The notes beneath the pieces were generated by a model that saw only the letters and a program-made list of their open reading frames with translations, did no database searches and was not told the DNA's origin. Shown piece after piece: positions 19,484-28,663 of a stretch of DNA of 63,618 bases. This DNA comes from Candidatus Tayloriibacteriota bacterium (lineage in GTDB: Bacteria; Patescibacteriota; Minisyncoccia; Phycocordibacterales; PALSA-1337): positions 1 through 63,618 of the forward strand of contig JBAXSG010000003.1 of the NCBI GenBank assembly GCA_037130865.1, given 5' to 3'. Both the position numbers and the translations under genes were made by a program. How positions within the stretch are numbered: position 1 is the first letter of the stretch; each line of letters opens with the position of its first letter.

Positions 19484-19720
19484 ATGAGAACTTCTAAAGT
19501 ACTAATAAATATGGACACAACACTAAAAAAGAAACTTATGGCTAAGGCCAAAAAAGAAGGACTGACCATTAGCTCTTTCTTAAATTTTGCTGCGCGTGAA
19601 TATATAAACGGTAATATCAAGATGACGGTATTCCAGCGAGATCTTGCCGAGGCGCGTGAAGATATTCGAAGGGGCAGATACATGACAGCTGAAGAAGTAT
19701 TCGAAAAACTCGGACTATAG
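19484..19720 (+). CDS. Ribbon-helix-helix antitoxin (CopG/RelB-like)
   Basis: 78 aa. KVLINMDTTLKKKLMAKAKKEGLTISSFLNFAAREYI. Immediately precedes the RelE-like ORF. Confidence 0.7.
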   Translation: MRTSKVLINMDTTLKKKLMAKAKKEGLTISSFLNFAAREYINGNIKMTVFQRDLAEAREDIRRGRYMTAEEVFEKLGL

Positions 19721-19721
19721 C

Positions 19722-19967
19722 ATGAATATATACATCACAAGAAAAGCTCAGATAGAGCTCGCTTCTTTATCGACCGAAATACAGAATCGCATATCAGATA
19801 AGATCCGTTTCTTTGCACAATACCGAGATCCACAAGTCTTCGCAAAATACATACCCACAGAAAAAGTATACCGCTGGCGAGTCGGGAATTATCGTATATT
19901 CTACGAAAGACACGACGGTGATTTCTTCATCATGAAAATCTCCCGCAGAGATAAAGCGTATGATTGA
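19722..19967 (+). CDS. Type II toxin, RelE/ParE family
   Basis: 81 aa. YRWRVGNYRIFYERHDGDFFIMKISRRDKAY, typical of RelE/ParE. Confidence 0.8.
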   Translation: MNIYITRKAQIELASLSTEIQNRISDKIRFFAQYRDPQVFAKYIPTEKVYRWRVGNYRIFYERHDGDFFIMKISRRDKAYD

Positions 19968-20010
19968 GTAGATATTGAAATGACCTCTAGATTCATAAGA
20001 TAATTCCTAC

Positions 20011-20112
20011 ATGAGAAAACGTACAAAAAATAAACAAAGGAGCTGTCCCCTATGCAAACCCCACAAAACTGGTATGCGGAAATGCTCTTGGCAGGGGATG
20101 CAAGAGTATTGA
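20011..20112 (+). CDS. 33-aa basic Cys-containing peptide (hypothetical)
   Basis: ATG..TGA encodes MRKRTKNKQRSCPLCKPHKTGMRKCSWQGMQEY and is followed by a terminator. Below the ORF-track length cutoff. Confidence 0.3.
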   Translation: MRKRTKNKQRSCPLCKPHKTGMRKCSWQGMQEY

Positions 20113-20121
20113 GGACTCAAA

Positions 20122-20153
20122 ATGACGCAGAGATCGCATATCTGCGTCATTTT
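20122..20153 (+). terminator. Rho-independent terminator
   Basis: ATGACGCAGA...TCTGCGTCAT stem followed by TTT. Confidence 0.6.
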
Positions 20154-20208
20154 ATGTTACATCCCGTCGTCCCTTGCCATATACCCTATCCTCGTATAGA
20201 ATGCTCCC

Positions 20209-20781
20209 ATGTCACTCCTAGAATACAGCGAAGTTACCGAAAAGAAATATATCGTCCACGATGGTCAGCCGTATGAAGTCATTTCATCGCATGTATTTCG
20301 CAAGCAGCAACGTAAGCCAGTAAATGCCACCAAACTTAAGAACCTTATGACTGGCAAGGTGACTGAGTTCTCATTCCACGTCTCCGACAAAGTCGAGGAA
20401 GCAGAGATAGAAACCCGTGAAGTGAAATATCTCTATAACAGCCGTGGCGAATGGTGGTTCTGTGAATCAGAAGATCCTTCCAAGCGATTCAAGGTGACTG
20501 AGGAGCAAGTTGGACCTCAAGGAAAATTCCTCAAGCCAAATACTGTGATAGAACAACTCCTCTTCAGAGATACCCCGATGAGCTTCGACATGCCTATAAC
20601 CGCTGAATTAAAAGTCACCGAGGCACCTCCTGGAATCAAAGGCGATACAGCTACTGGTGGTCAAAAAGTGGTCACTCTCGAGACTGGCGCTACTATAAAC
20701 GTTCCCCTATTCGTAAATGAAGGCGACGTCATCCGCATCAATACAGAATCTGGCGAGTATCGTGAAAGGGTTGGAAAATAA
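20209..20781 (+). CDS. efp: Elongation factor P
   Basis: 190 aa. EF-P pattern ...VNATKLKNLMTGKV...GDTATGGQKVVTLETGATINVPLFVNEGDVIRINT. Confidence 0.92.
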   Translation: MSLLEYSEVTEKKYIVHDGQPYEVISSHVFRKQQRKPVNATKLKNLMTGKVTEFSFHVSDKVEEAEIETREVKYLYNSRGEWWFCESEDPSKRFKVTEEQVGPQGKFLKPNTVIEQLLFRDTPMSFDMPITAELKVTEAPPGIKGDTATGGQKVVTLETGATINVPLFVNEGDVIRINTESGEYRERVGK

Positions 20782-20845
20782 AAAGGAAAAGAATCTTGAG
20801 GAGACATCTCGCAAGGAATCTTCAGCAGAAGATTCCTGAGAATTA

Positions 20846-20869
20846 GAAGAGCCCCTGCAGGGGCTCTTC
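20846..20869. terminator. Convergent terminator between efp and rpsR
   Basis: GAAGAGCCCCTGCAGGGGCTCTTC perfect palindrome. Confidence 0.6.
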
Positions 20870-20904
20870 GTGTCTTCGAAAGATTACTTTTCCTTTTTGC
20901 TTAC

Positions 20905-21108
20905 TTACCTCGCTACGTACGGCAGTAATCCCATAAATCTTGCGCGTTTAACAGCAGTAGCTAACTGGCGCTGATATTTGGCAGAGATTCCTGTGCGCTT
21001 ACGGCTGACCATACGACCGTGTGGGTTTATGAATTTCTTCAAAACCTCTGTGTCTTTGTAGTCGATATGCTCGATATTATGCTGATTGAAGTAACATTGT
21101 TTTTTCAT
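20905..21108 (-). CDS. rpsR: 30S ribosomal protein S18
   Basis: 67 aa. [50 protein letters not shown]. Confidence 0.95.
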   Translation of the reverse strand: MKKQCYFNQHNIEHIDYKDTEVLKKFINPHGRMVSRKRTGISAKYQRQLATAVKRARFMGLLPYVAR

Positions 21109-21145
21109 GGTAATTGTTTAGTTGTTCCTTTGTTTAATAGTTTGA

Positions 21146-21616
21146 TTAAAATGGTATGTCGTCAGGATTTATTTCTTCGCTTGGATACTCTATCTTCTCG
21201 CCAGATTCGATAGGAGGCATCTCCCCTGCACCCTTGGCATCTGCGCCTTGAGCACCGGAAGCAGCACTCGATGATGATCCTGCACCACCTGTAGGTCTGG
21301 ATCCGAATTGGATACCGTCTGCTACTACTTCTGTGCGATACTTCTTTTGACCATCAGCTTCCCAAGAACGGGTTTGCATACGACCTTCTATAAGTGCTTG
21401 AGAACCTTTCTTCAAATATTGCGCGGCCAACTCAGCGATTCTACCGAATACTACGATATTGTGGAATTCTGTGGCATCTTGGCGCTGACCATCTTTGTTT
21501 TTGAAGACACGATTTGTGGCCATACCGAAACTACAGACCTTGGAACCAGATGGTAAAGCCTTCAGTTCTGGATCGCGTGTCAGGTTACCTATTATAAATA
21601 CTTTGTTTAGATACAT
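21146..21616 (-). CDS. ssb: Single-stranded DNA-binding protein
   Basis: 156 aa. MYLNKVFIIGNLTRDPELK..., acidic tail ending DDIPF. Confidence 0.95.
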   Translation of the reverse strand: MYLNKVFIIGNLTRDPELKALPSGSKVCSFGMATNRVFKNKDGQRQDATEFHNIVVFGRIAELAAQYLKKGSQALIEGRMQTRSWEADGQKKYRTEVVADGIQFGSRPTGGAGSSSSAASGAQGADAKGAGEMPPIESGEKIEYPSEEINPDDIPF

Positions 21617-21657
21617 AGATTTGAGGATTAAAATTTAATTTTAATGATATAAGATAA

Positions 21658-22215
21658 TTATACCTCTTTAACCATTGCATCGATACTTTTGTCCATATCC
21701 TCGACTGACGCTGGCGCTGAAGGAGCGACTTTCTCGTCTTCATTTGCCTTCGTTATCAAGAAAGGTGCTTTCTCTGTTGGAGCAACTCTATCTGTTCTGT
21801 CGGCAGAAAATCTCTTATTTGTAGAGACAAATTCTGCAGCGATAGCTGATGCACGCTTACCGAGATAAGTATTTTCCTTAACTGTAGAGATCATAAGCAT
21901 TCTTAGAACTGATGGATATACTTCCACCTCTTTCTTTATCGACTCGACCGTGTTCGAACCGACTTCGAACTTGATCCAACCGAAATAAGCAGTGTTGTAC
22001 TTATCATATGAGCCAGAAACTGTCTTCTTGCGCATAGTATAAGCAAGGTTCTCCAAATGAGGTATCTCCTCGGCAATGACCGAAGCTCCTGCTTTTGTAA
22101 TAATGCTCTTAACAGCTTCTGCTTCAGAAGAAACTTTCTCTTCTGGAACTGAAGAAGCTATCAAATACCCGATCTCATACACATTCATACGAACATCGTC
22201 TTGTGATTCATTCAT
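21658..22215 (-). CDS. rpsF: 30S ribosomal protein S6 with a C-terminal extension
   Basis: S6-like N-terminal half (YEIGYLI...), in the conserved rpsF-ssb-rpsR order. The start could be the internal MNVYEIG. Confidence 0.85.
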   Translation of the reverse strand: MNESQDDVRMNVYEIGYLIASSVPEEKVSSEAEAVKSIITKAGASVIAEEIPHLENLAYTMRKKTVSGSYDKYNTAYFGWIKFEVGSNTVESIKKEVEVYPSVLRMLMISTVKENTYLGKRASAIAAEFVSTNKRFSADRTDRVAPTEKAPFLITKANEDEKVAPSAPASVEDMDKSIDAMVKEV

Positions 22216-22407
22216 AGTTTTTTGCAGTCAGTGCTCCGCTTAAAATAAATCTGCGGAATCCTTCTCTACTGTAGAATGGCCTTATTAAGCCATATATACA
22301 ACAAATCAGGAACTTACTGCGATTACTTGTAATGCCATGAGATTAACACAAAACTTCATCCTCTGCAATGGTTTTAATGAGAGGACCACAATATCATAAA
22401 CCTTAGA

Positions 22408-22457
22408 GATAAAATCCAGATGAAAAAGTTATGAAGAAATGCTAAAGAAATTCTCAA
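22408..22457 (-). promoter_or_regulatory. 50-nt conserved intergenic motif (copy 2), putative promoter upstream of rpsF
   Basis: GATAAAATCCAGATGAAAAAGTTATGAAGAAATGCTAAAGAAATTCTCAA has 45/50 identity to 11569-11618. Confidence 0.4.
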
Positions 22458-22502
22458 ATATCGCTCAAAAATACATAAAAAGACTTTGGAGAGCTCCGCC
22501 GA

Positions 22503-23324
22503 TCACTGCAAGCCGAAGAATTTGACTGCATTTTCGAGTACCTGTTTTGCAATAGCAGTCTCACCATCCTCGTGGATATTTGCCAATGCCTTCACAACTT
22601 CAATCACATAGACTGGCTCATTGCGCTTGCCGCGATATGGTATCGGTGAAACATATGGGCAATCGGTCTCTGACATAATATTCTCGAGCGGTATATGTTT
22701 GATGATATTGTCGTAATCTCTTGTGAAAGTTATCACTCCAGTAAATGAAACCATGCCACCAATATCGATTATCGCCTCAACATCTTCTCTCGTACCTGCG
22801 AAGAAATGAAAATTGGCACGAACTTTCGCATGTTGTTTCAATATTGAAACAGCTTCTCTATATGCGCTGATCTGAGTGGTACTGCTGTTTCTCACATGGA
22901 GCATAAGAGGTTTATTGACCTCATTTGCCAGCTTGATATGTTCCAAAAACATCGCTAGTTGAGCATCGTGATCTATATGAGTTCCGGACATAGATTTCGG
23001 ATGGAAATAATCGAGACCACACTCCCCTATAGCCACAACTTTAGGGTTCAACGCCAAAGCTTTGAAACGATCGTAATCAAATATCTGTACAACACCTGGT
23101 TTACCACAAACATCATCTGTTGGATGAACACCGACTGTTGCCCAGACATTTTCATATTGTGAGGCGAGCTCGACAGCCTTCTTGGAGGACTCGAAGTCTG
23201 TACCAATAATAATCATACCTACTCCAGCATCTTTTGCGCGTGTAAAAACTGCTTCACGATCGATATCATATACGGAAAAATTCACATGTCCGTGTATATC
23301 TATATATTTGATCTTATTTATCAT
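22503..23324 (-). CDS. tatD: TatD-family metal-dependent hydrolase
   Basis: 273 aa. IDIHGHVNF (HxH), GECGLDYF, downstream of metG as in many bacteria. Confidence 0.85.
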   Translation of the reverse strand: MINKIKYIDIHGHVNFSVYDIDREAVFTRAKDAGVGMIIIGTDFESSKKAVELASQYENVWATVGVHPTDDVCGKPGVVQIFDYDRFKALALNPKVVAIGECGLDYFHPKSMSGTHIDHDAQLAMFLEHIKLANEVNKPLMLHVRNSSTTQISAYREAVSILKQHAKVRANFHFFAGTREDVEAIIDIGGMVSFTGVITFTRDYDNIIKHIPLENIMSETDCPYVSPIPYRGKRNEPVYVIEVVKALANIHEDGETAIAKQVLENAVKFFGLQ

Positions 23325-24817
23325 TATTTTCTCAAGAACAGTGGCGACGACGGCATCTTATTGTTCTCTACACATTCAAGAATCATAGCTGCTGTATCTG
23401 GCATAAATGGCTTCAAAGCGACTCCTACAGTGTATATATTCCCTAATAGAGCTGATATACAGGCCTCACCCTCTGATTTATCAGCCTGATCTACTGACTT
23501 TACCAATTTAAATGGTTGCTTCACTTGTATAAGCTTGTCAGACTCGGCGATAATGTCCCATATAGAATCCATTGATTTTTTAAGATTGTACTCGGAAAAA
23601 CCAGCTTCGTATCCAGCTGGAAATACGACCTTTATCCCTGGTGTAATCCTGATACCGCTTGTCTCGGCCATCTTCATAATACGACTTACTAAGTTACCAA
23701 GTCCATTGGCTAAGTTGGCATTGTACGAATCTTTGAAGCGTTCTGCTGTGCATGGACTATCTTCAAATGGTTGTAATTCTCGTAAACAATAATATCTCAT
23801 CGCATCAGTTCCAAATTCTTTCACCAGAGCGATCGGATCGACGGAATTACCAAGAGACTTGGACATTTTCACACCGCCATCACCTGTGACGAAACCATCG
23901 ACTATAACAGTCTTAGATGTTGGTAGACCGGCTGCCATTAACATCGCTTGCCACATAGCTGACTGCTGACGAAGATTGTCTTTACCACAGTATTGGATCA
24001 TACCACCAGTTTGTACAGACCATTTTTCGAATATCCCTGGAATCTTCACTGGCTTACTACCATCTTTTCCAGCTATAACATCATCTGGCCAACCGATAGC
24101 GGAGACATAATTTACCAGAGCATCGAACCAGACATACATCACTTGCTCTTCGTCGTCTGGTACAGATATACCCCAGGGCATTTTCGACTTCAGACGAGAA
24201 ACACTAAAATCTTCCAATCCTCTCTCGACGAAAGTACGAATCTCTTTTTGGCGAGACTCTGGTATGACGAATGAAGGCTTTTCATATAGATCCAACAACT
24301 TTTTACCAAAGGCGCTAAATTTAAAGAAATAATTCTCTTCATTGATCAGTTCGATTTCTTGCAGGGGGTGTAGTGGACACTTCCCATCTACAAGCTCAGA
24401 CTCCGTCTTCTCAAGCTCGCAACCAATACAATATTTCACCGAATAATTCTTTTTGTATATATAGCCGTTTTTTTCTACTACACGCCAGAATTCTTGTGCA
24501 GCCTTCATATGGTGTTCATCTGTGGTGCGAATGAAGTTTACATCTGGACTTATACCAAGGATTGGCAGGAGCTCCTTGAACTTGGCTGTCATAGCATCGA
24601 CAAAAGCTTGTGTGGGTATATTTGCTTGTGCAGCTTTCTGGAATATTTTCAGACCGTGTTCATCTGTACCTGTATTGAAAAATACATCATAGCCACTGAG
24701 TTTCTTCCACCTAGCGACAGAGTCAGCACGAATAAACTCAAGGGCGTGACCTAAATGTGCTTCAGCATTCACATAAGGTAATGTGGTGGTTATATAAAAA
24801 GGTTTAGGGTTTGGCAT
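23324..24817 (-). CDS. metG: Methionine--tRNA ligase
   Basis: HIGH-type motif AHLGHALE, KMSKS motif VKMSKSLGN. Start taken at MPNPKPFYITT to avoid overlap with the upstream gene. Confidence 0.93.
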   Translation of the reverse strand: MPNPKPFYITTTLPYVNAEAHLGHALEFIRADSVARWKKLSGYDVFFNTGTDEHGLKIFQKAAQANIPTQAFVDAMTAKFKELLPILGISPDVNFIRTTDEHHMKAAQEFWRVVEKNGYIYKKNYSVKYCIGCELEKTESELVDGKCPLHPLQEIELINEENYFFKFSAFGKKLLDLYEKPSFVIPESRQKEIRTFVERGLEDFSVSRLKSKMPWGISVPDDEEQVMYVWFDALVNYVSAIGWPDDVIAGKDGSKPVKIPGIFEKWSVQTGGMIQYCGKDNLRQQSAMWQAMLMAAGLPTSKTVIVDGFVTGDGGVKMSKSLGNSVDPIALVKEFGTDAMRYYCLRELQPFEDSPCTAERFKDSYNANLANGLGNLVSRIMKMAETSGIRITPGIKVVFPAGYEAGFSEYNLKKSMDSIWDIIAESDKLIQVKQPFKLVKSVDQADKSEGEACISALLGNIYTVGVALKPFMPDTAAMILECVENNKMPSSPLFLRK

Positions 24818-24824
24818 ATAAGAT

Positions 24825-25886
24825 TTACTGTATGTGTTCCAATTTCTTTCTCTTCTCAATATCACTGATATATTCCATCAATGCTGCAGAAAGTGGTACA
24901 GCCAGTATAGCTCCGAGTACTCCAGCTAGTTTAGCACCTATAACCAAAGCCAATATGACGATGATTGGCGATATGCCAACTATCTTCTTAACGACTAGAG
25001 GATAGAACAACTGACTTTCAAACTGATATATGAGGACATATAGGCCCATCAACAAGAAACCTGTGCCGACACCGACATCTGTAAATGTGACTAGAATGGC
25101 TGGTATGGAAGATATGATCGGTCCGAAGACTGGAATGATCTCAAATATACCAGCGAAGAGTGCTAGAACAAGAGCGTGTGGTATTCCGAGTATAGCTAAA
25201 ACCAGATAGACCAACAGACCAACAACTATTCCAAGTATGATCTGTCCTTGAAGCCAAAAAGCTATCTTACGTTGCGAACGATGCCAGAGATCGATGATAT
25301 AGTCTTTGTGTTTTACTGGAGTGACCAAACTCAAGAAATCCTCCACACCTTCTTCTTTTACTGAAAGATAGAAAGACAGAACAGCGATGAGGATGAAGCT
25401 CAAGAACCCTCCAAAGACCATGCTGGCAGTCTGGAATACACCAACTCCAGTACCACCACCGAAGAATGAACGCAGTCCGACCACAAAATCTTCCACGGAT
25501 ATAGTATGTGCGGCCAGTGATCCAGCACCTGTACCAAAATCCCTGATCGGAGCCCATAATTCTCCAAGAGATATAGACTTCGGTGCGGCCGCGAGGAAGG
25601 CTGTTACATCATTTATAACTACCGGCATGAAGAATATCAATATTGTCGCCAATACTGTAGCAAGAATGATATACACGATAAGTGCCCCAACAACCCTATG
25701 AACGCCATAGCGTTTCAGACGTCTCACAGCGGGTTCAACAGCTGTAGCTATAATCACCGCAGCTAAGACAACTAGAAGCACGTCAGAGAGATAATAGAGC
25801 GCTACAATGGCTATAAGTATGACAAAGAAGCGTATAATAGTGCCGCTACTTATATTTATATGAAAATCCTTAGGTGATTCAGCCAT
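24825..25886 (-). CDS. AI-2E family transporter (PerM/UPF0118)
   Basis: 353 aa polytopic membrane protein with AI-2E-like organisation (...LQGQIILGIVVG..., IFEIIPVFGPIIS). Confidence 0.75.
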   Translation of the reverse strand: MAESPKDFHINISSGTIIRFFVILIAIVALYYLSDVLLVVLAAVIIATAVEPAVRRLKRYGVHRVVGALIVYIILATVLATILIFFMPVVINDVTAFLAAAPKSISLGELWAPIRDFGTGAGSLAAHTISVEDFVVGLRSFFGGGTGVGVFQTASMVFGGFLSFILIAVLSFYLSVKEEGVEDFLSLVTPVKHKDYIIDLWHRSQRKIAFWLQGQIILGIVVGLLVYLVLAILGIPHALVLALFAGIFEIIPVFGPIISSIPAILVTFTDVGVGTGFLLMGLYVLIYQFESQLFYPLVVKKIVGISPIIVILALVIGAKLAGVLGAILAVPLSAALMEYISDIEKRKKLEHIQ

Positions 25887-25913
25887 GCGTTCATTATAAT
25901 GCCGCGAAGGAGT

Positions 25914-27185
25914 TTAGTCTACCGAGAAGTATTTTCTAAATGACTCAGAGTCCTTGTATCTACCAATGAGTGCCATGTTCATGCCTTTGTTCACGAAGAT
26001 TTCGCGGGCGAGCTTTTGCACATCCTTCACGGTGACTGCACGCACCTTGGCTATAAGCTCATCTGGGGACTCTACAGAACCCCTGATTGCGTCTTGGTAA
26101 CCACAAAATTCAGCGCGTGCATCGGAAGTCTCTAGGCCAAGCAGTGTGGTTCCAGATATATAATCCTTCACTTTAACAAGTTCTTCAGCACCGACGGATT
26201 CAGTCTTGATGCGACGGCATTCTTCGAGAATACCTTTTATACCCTCTTCTACGCGGCTGTTGTCGACACCGGCGGAAATAGAGACGTAGCCGTGGTCTGT
26301 GAGAGAGTCATTGTCCGCTTTTATGTAATAGCAGATGCCTAACTGATCGCGCATCTTCGAGAAAAGTCGTGAGCTCATGCCACCGCCAAGAATACCCATC
26401 AGAACATACATGACTGGTGCTCTTTTATCATTTACATCAAATGACCTAAACCCGATGATTAAGTGCGTCTGATCCGTCTCTTTGTAAGAAATAACAATAG
26501 CTGGAGCGGACTGCGCTTCTTTGACCGGTAGTTTCGATGCTGATTGTTTAGTATCAGCTTTTTCGAAAGCTTTCGTGATCTGGGCAATAGTTTCTTTTTC
26601 ATTAAATGAACCAGACACTATGACCGTAGTCGCTGGAGCCGTATAATGCGCTGCGCGATATGCAATCATTTGCTCTCTAGTCATGGACTTCACTGTTTCT
26701 TCCGGCCCGGCAATGCTCCAACCCGCAGGCTGATCGCCGAAAAGGAGACTTGTAAGGACATAGTAAACTTTGCGCTGCGGTAGATCGTTGCACATACGAA
26801 TCTCTTCCACAATTACACCCTTTTCTTTCTCAAGTTCTTTTGCGTCGAAAATCGGATGCAGGTACATGTCAGAAATTACGTCGATGACTTTCTCGGCGTG
26901 CTTCGATGCCGCCTTCGCATAATAGCCAGTGTATTCCATACTGGTGAAGGCATTGTAGTTCGCCCCGATCGAGTCTAGTTCACGCGAAATATCACTAGCT
27001 TTCGGTCTGCGTTCGGTACCCTTGAAACACATGTGTTCTAGAAAATGCGAAAGACCATTTATGTCTTTCGTCTCATATTTTGATCCGGCACGAACCATGA
27101 CAAGGACTGTCACAGATGGATTGTCCTGCATTGGGACTGTGATGATACGGAGGCCGCTTGGTAATGTGATGGTTTTGAAGGTCAT
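25914..27185 (-). CDS. M16-family zinc peptidase (pitrilysin/insulinase-like)
   Basis: 423 aa. Inverted zinc motif HFLEHMCFKGT. Confidence 0.88.
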   Translation of the reverse strand: MTFKTITLPSGLRIITVPMQDNPSVTVLVMVRAGSKYETKDINGLSHFLEHMCFKGTERRPKASDISRELDSIGANYNAFTSMEYTGYYAKAASKHAEKVIDVISDMYLHPIFDAKELEKEKGVIVEEIRMCNDLPQRKVYYVLTSLLFGDQPAGWSIAGPEETVKSMTREQMIAYRAAHYTAPATTVIVSGSFNEKETIAQITKAFEKADTKQSASKLPVKEAQSAPAIVISYKETDQTHLIIGFRSFDVNDKRAPVMYVLMGILGGGMSSRLFSKMRDQLGICYYIKADNDSLTDHGYVSISAGVDNSRVEEGIKGILEECRRIKTESVGAEELVKVKDYISGTTLLGLETSDARAEFCGYQDAIRGSVESPDELIAKVRAVTVKDVQKLAREIFVNKGMNMALIGRYKDSESFRKYFSVD

Positions 27186-27198
27186 GGGTTTACTCAGT

Positions 27199-28617
27199 CT
27201 ACTTCACCTTCCCTAGTAAATATCCAACCAATTCCCCTTCAGCAACACGCTCCTGTTTTCCAGAATCACGATCACGCACGGTGACACCGGCGGATTTTTC
27301 TATAGTATCGAAATCGACCGTCACACAGAAAGGTGTACCGACCTCATCTTGTCGGCGATAGCGCTTGCCGATATTACCATTGTCATCGAAAGCGACTCCT
27401 TGGATACCTGCACGTGCGAATTCAGCCTTGAGTGTGGCGAAAACCTCACGAGCCTTGGCGACTAGAACTGGCTTATTCTTGAGCAATGGAAAGACTGCAA
27501 CTTTATATGGCGCGACTGAAGGTGACAACTTGAGGAAAACGCGCTTTTCTTTCTCGGCGCCAGCCGCATCACTTCCCATGGTATCTTCAGTATAAGCATC
27601 TGCCAAAACGGCCAAAACAGTTCGATCTAGACCAAATGAAGGCTCTATACAGTGTGGCACAAAGCGCTCTTTTGTCTCTTCATCATAATAAGAAATATCT
27701 ACCTTACTAAACTCAGCATGCTGTTTCAGATCAAAATCAGTACGATATGCCAAACCATAAAGTTCTTTTTTACCAAAAGGAAAATCAAATTCGAAATCTA
27801 TCGTGCGCTTGGAATAATGAGCACGTTCGCCATCTGGAACTTCGAGTTCATGAACCTTCGAAGCGGTCAAGCCGACATCGGCGATGAAACCATGAACCTG
27901 TTCGCGGAAACTATCGAAGACCTTGGACCATTCCATATCTTTTGCGTCCTTCGGCGGCTTTACGAAATATTCTATCTCCATCTGTTCGAACTCGCGTGCA
28001 CGAAAGAGGAAGTCGCGTGGTGCGATTTCATTCCTAAAGGCCTTCCCTATCTGGGCCATACCAAAAGGTAGGGTTGGATGAAATATATCCAGAACATTTT
28101 TGAAATTCACAAACATACCTTGAGCTGTCTCCGGTCTAAGATAAGAAACTGCGGAGGCATCTTCAGCGGCACCAACATGTGTCTTGAACATCATATTGAA
28201 TTGACGAACCTCACCAAGTGCACCACCACAGTCCGGGCACTTTTTTGCTGACGCAACTGCGCTAGCCGCTTTGCCGTCGTCACTTGAGAGCTGATCCGCA
28301 CGAAAACGATGTTGGCATTTTTTGCATTCAACCAGAGGATCAGCAAAGCCGCCCACATGGCCGCTTGCCTCCCAAGTACGCTGATTCATAAGAATAGCCG
28401 CATCTACACCATACATATCGTCACGGTTATCGACAAAACGCTTCCACCAAATATTTTTTATATTGTTTTTGAGAGCGAGACCAAGAGGTGCATAATCCCA
28501 AGTACCAGCCAAGCCACCATATATCTCAGATCCTTGAAATATAAAGCCGCGTCTCTTGCAAAGAGAGACTAGTGACTCCATGACATCATTTTGTGGCACT
28601 ACTGGTTCTTTTGACAT
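27199..28617 (-). CDS. glyQS: Glycine--tRNA ligase (single-chain GlyQS type)
   Basis: 472 aa. RGFIFQGSEIYGGLAGTWDYAPLG, class II motifs, FRNEIAPR. Confidence 0.93.
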   Translation of the reverse strand: MSKEPVVPQNDVMESLVSLCKRRGFIFQGSEIYGGLAGTWDYAPLGLALKNNIKNIWWKRFVDNRDDMYGVDAAILMNQRTWEASGHVGGFADPLVECKKCQHRFRADQLSSDDGKAASAVASAKKCPDCGGALGEVRQFNMMFKTHVGAAEDASAVSYLRPETAQGMFVNFKNVLDIFHPTLPFGMAQIGKAFRNEIAPRDFLFRAREFEQMEIEYFVKPPKDAKDMEWSKVFDSFREQVHGFIADVGLTASKVHELEVPDGERAHYSKRTIDFEFDFPFGKKELYGLAYRTDFDLKQHAEFSKVDISYYDEETKERFVPHCIEPSFGLDRTVLAVLADAYTEDTMGSDAAGAEKEKRVFLKLSPSVAPYKVAVFPLLKNKPVLVAKAREVFATLKAEFARAGIQGVAFDDNGNIGKRYRRQDEVGTPFCVTVDFDTIEKSAGVTVRDRDSGKQERVAEGELVGYLLGKVK

Positions 28618-28663
28618 AAGAGGATTGTATATTAAAAGCTACTGGCACACAACGAGCAGAAAA

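Noticed and set aside
19054-19683. 209-aa minus-strand ORF overlapping recA and the RHH antitoxin
   Set aside because: It is antisense to recA, crosses an intergenic terminator and promoter, and has no motifs.
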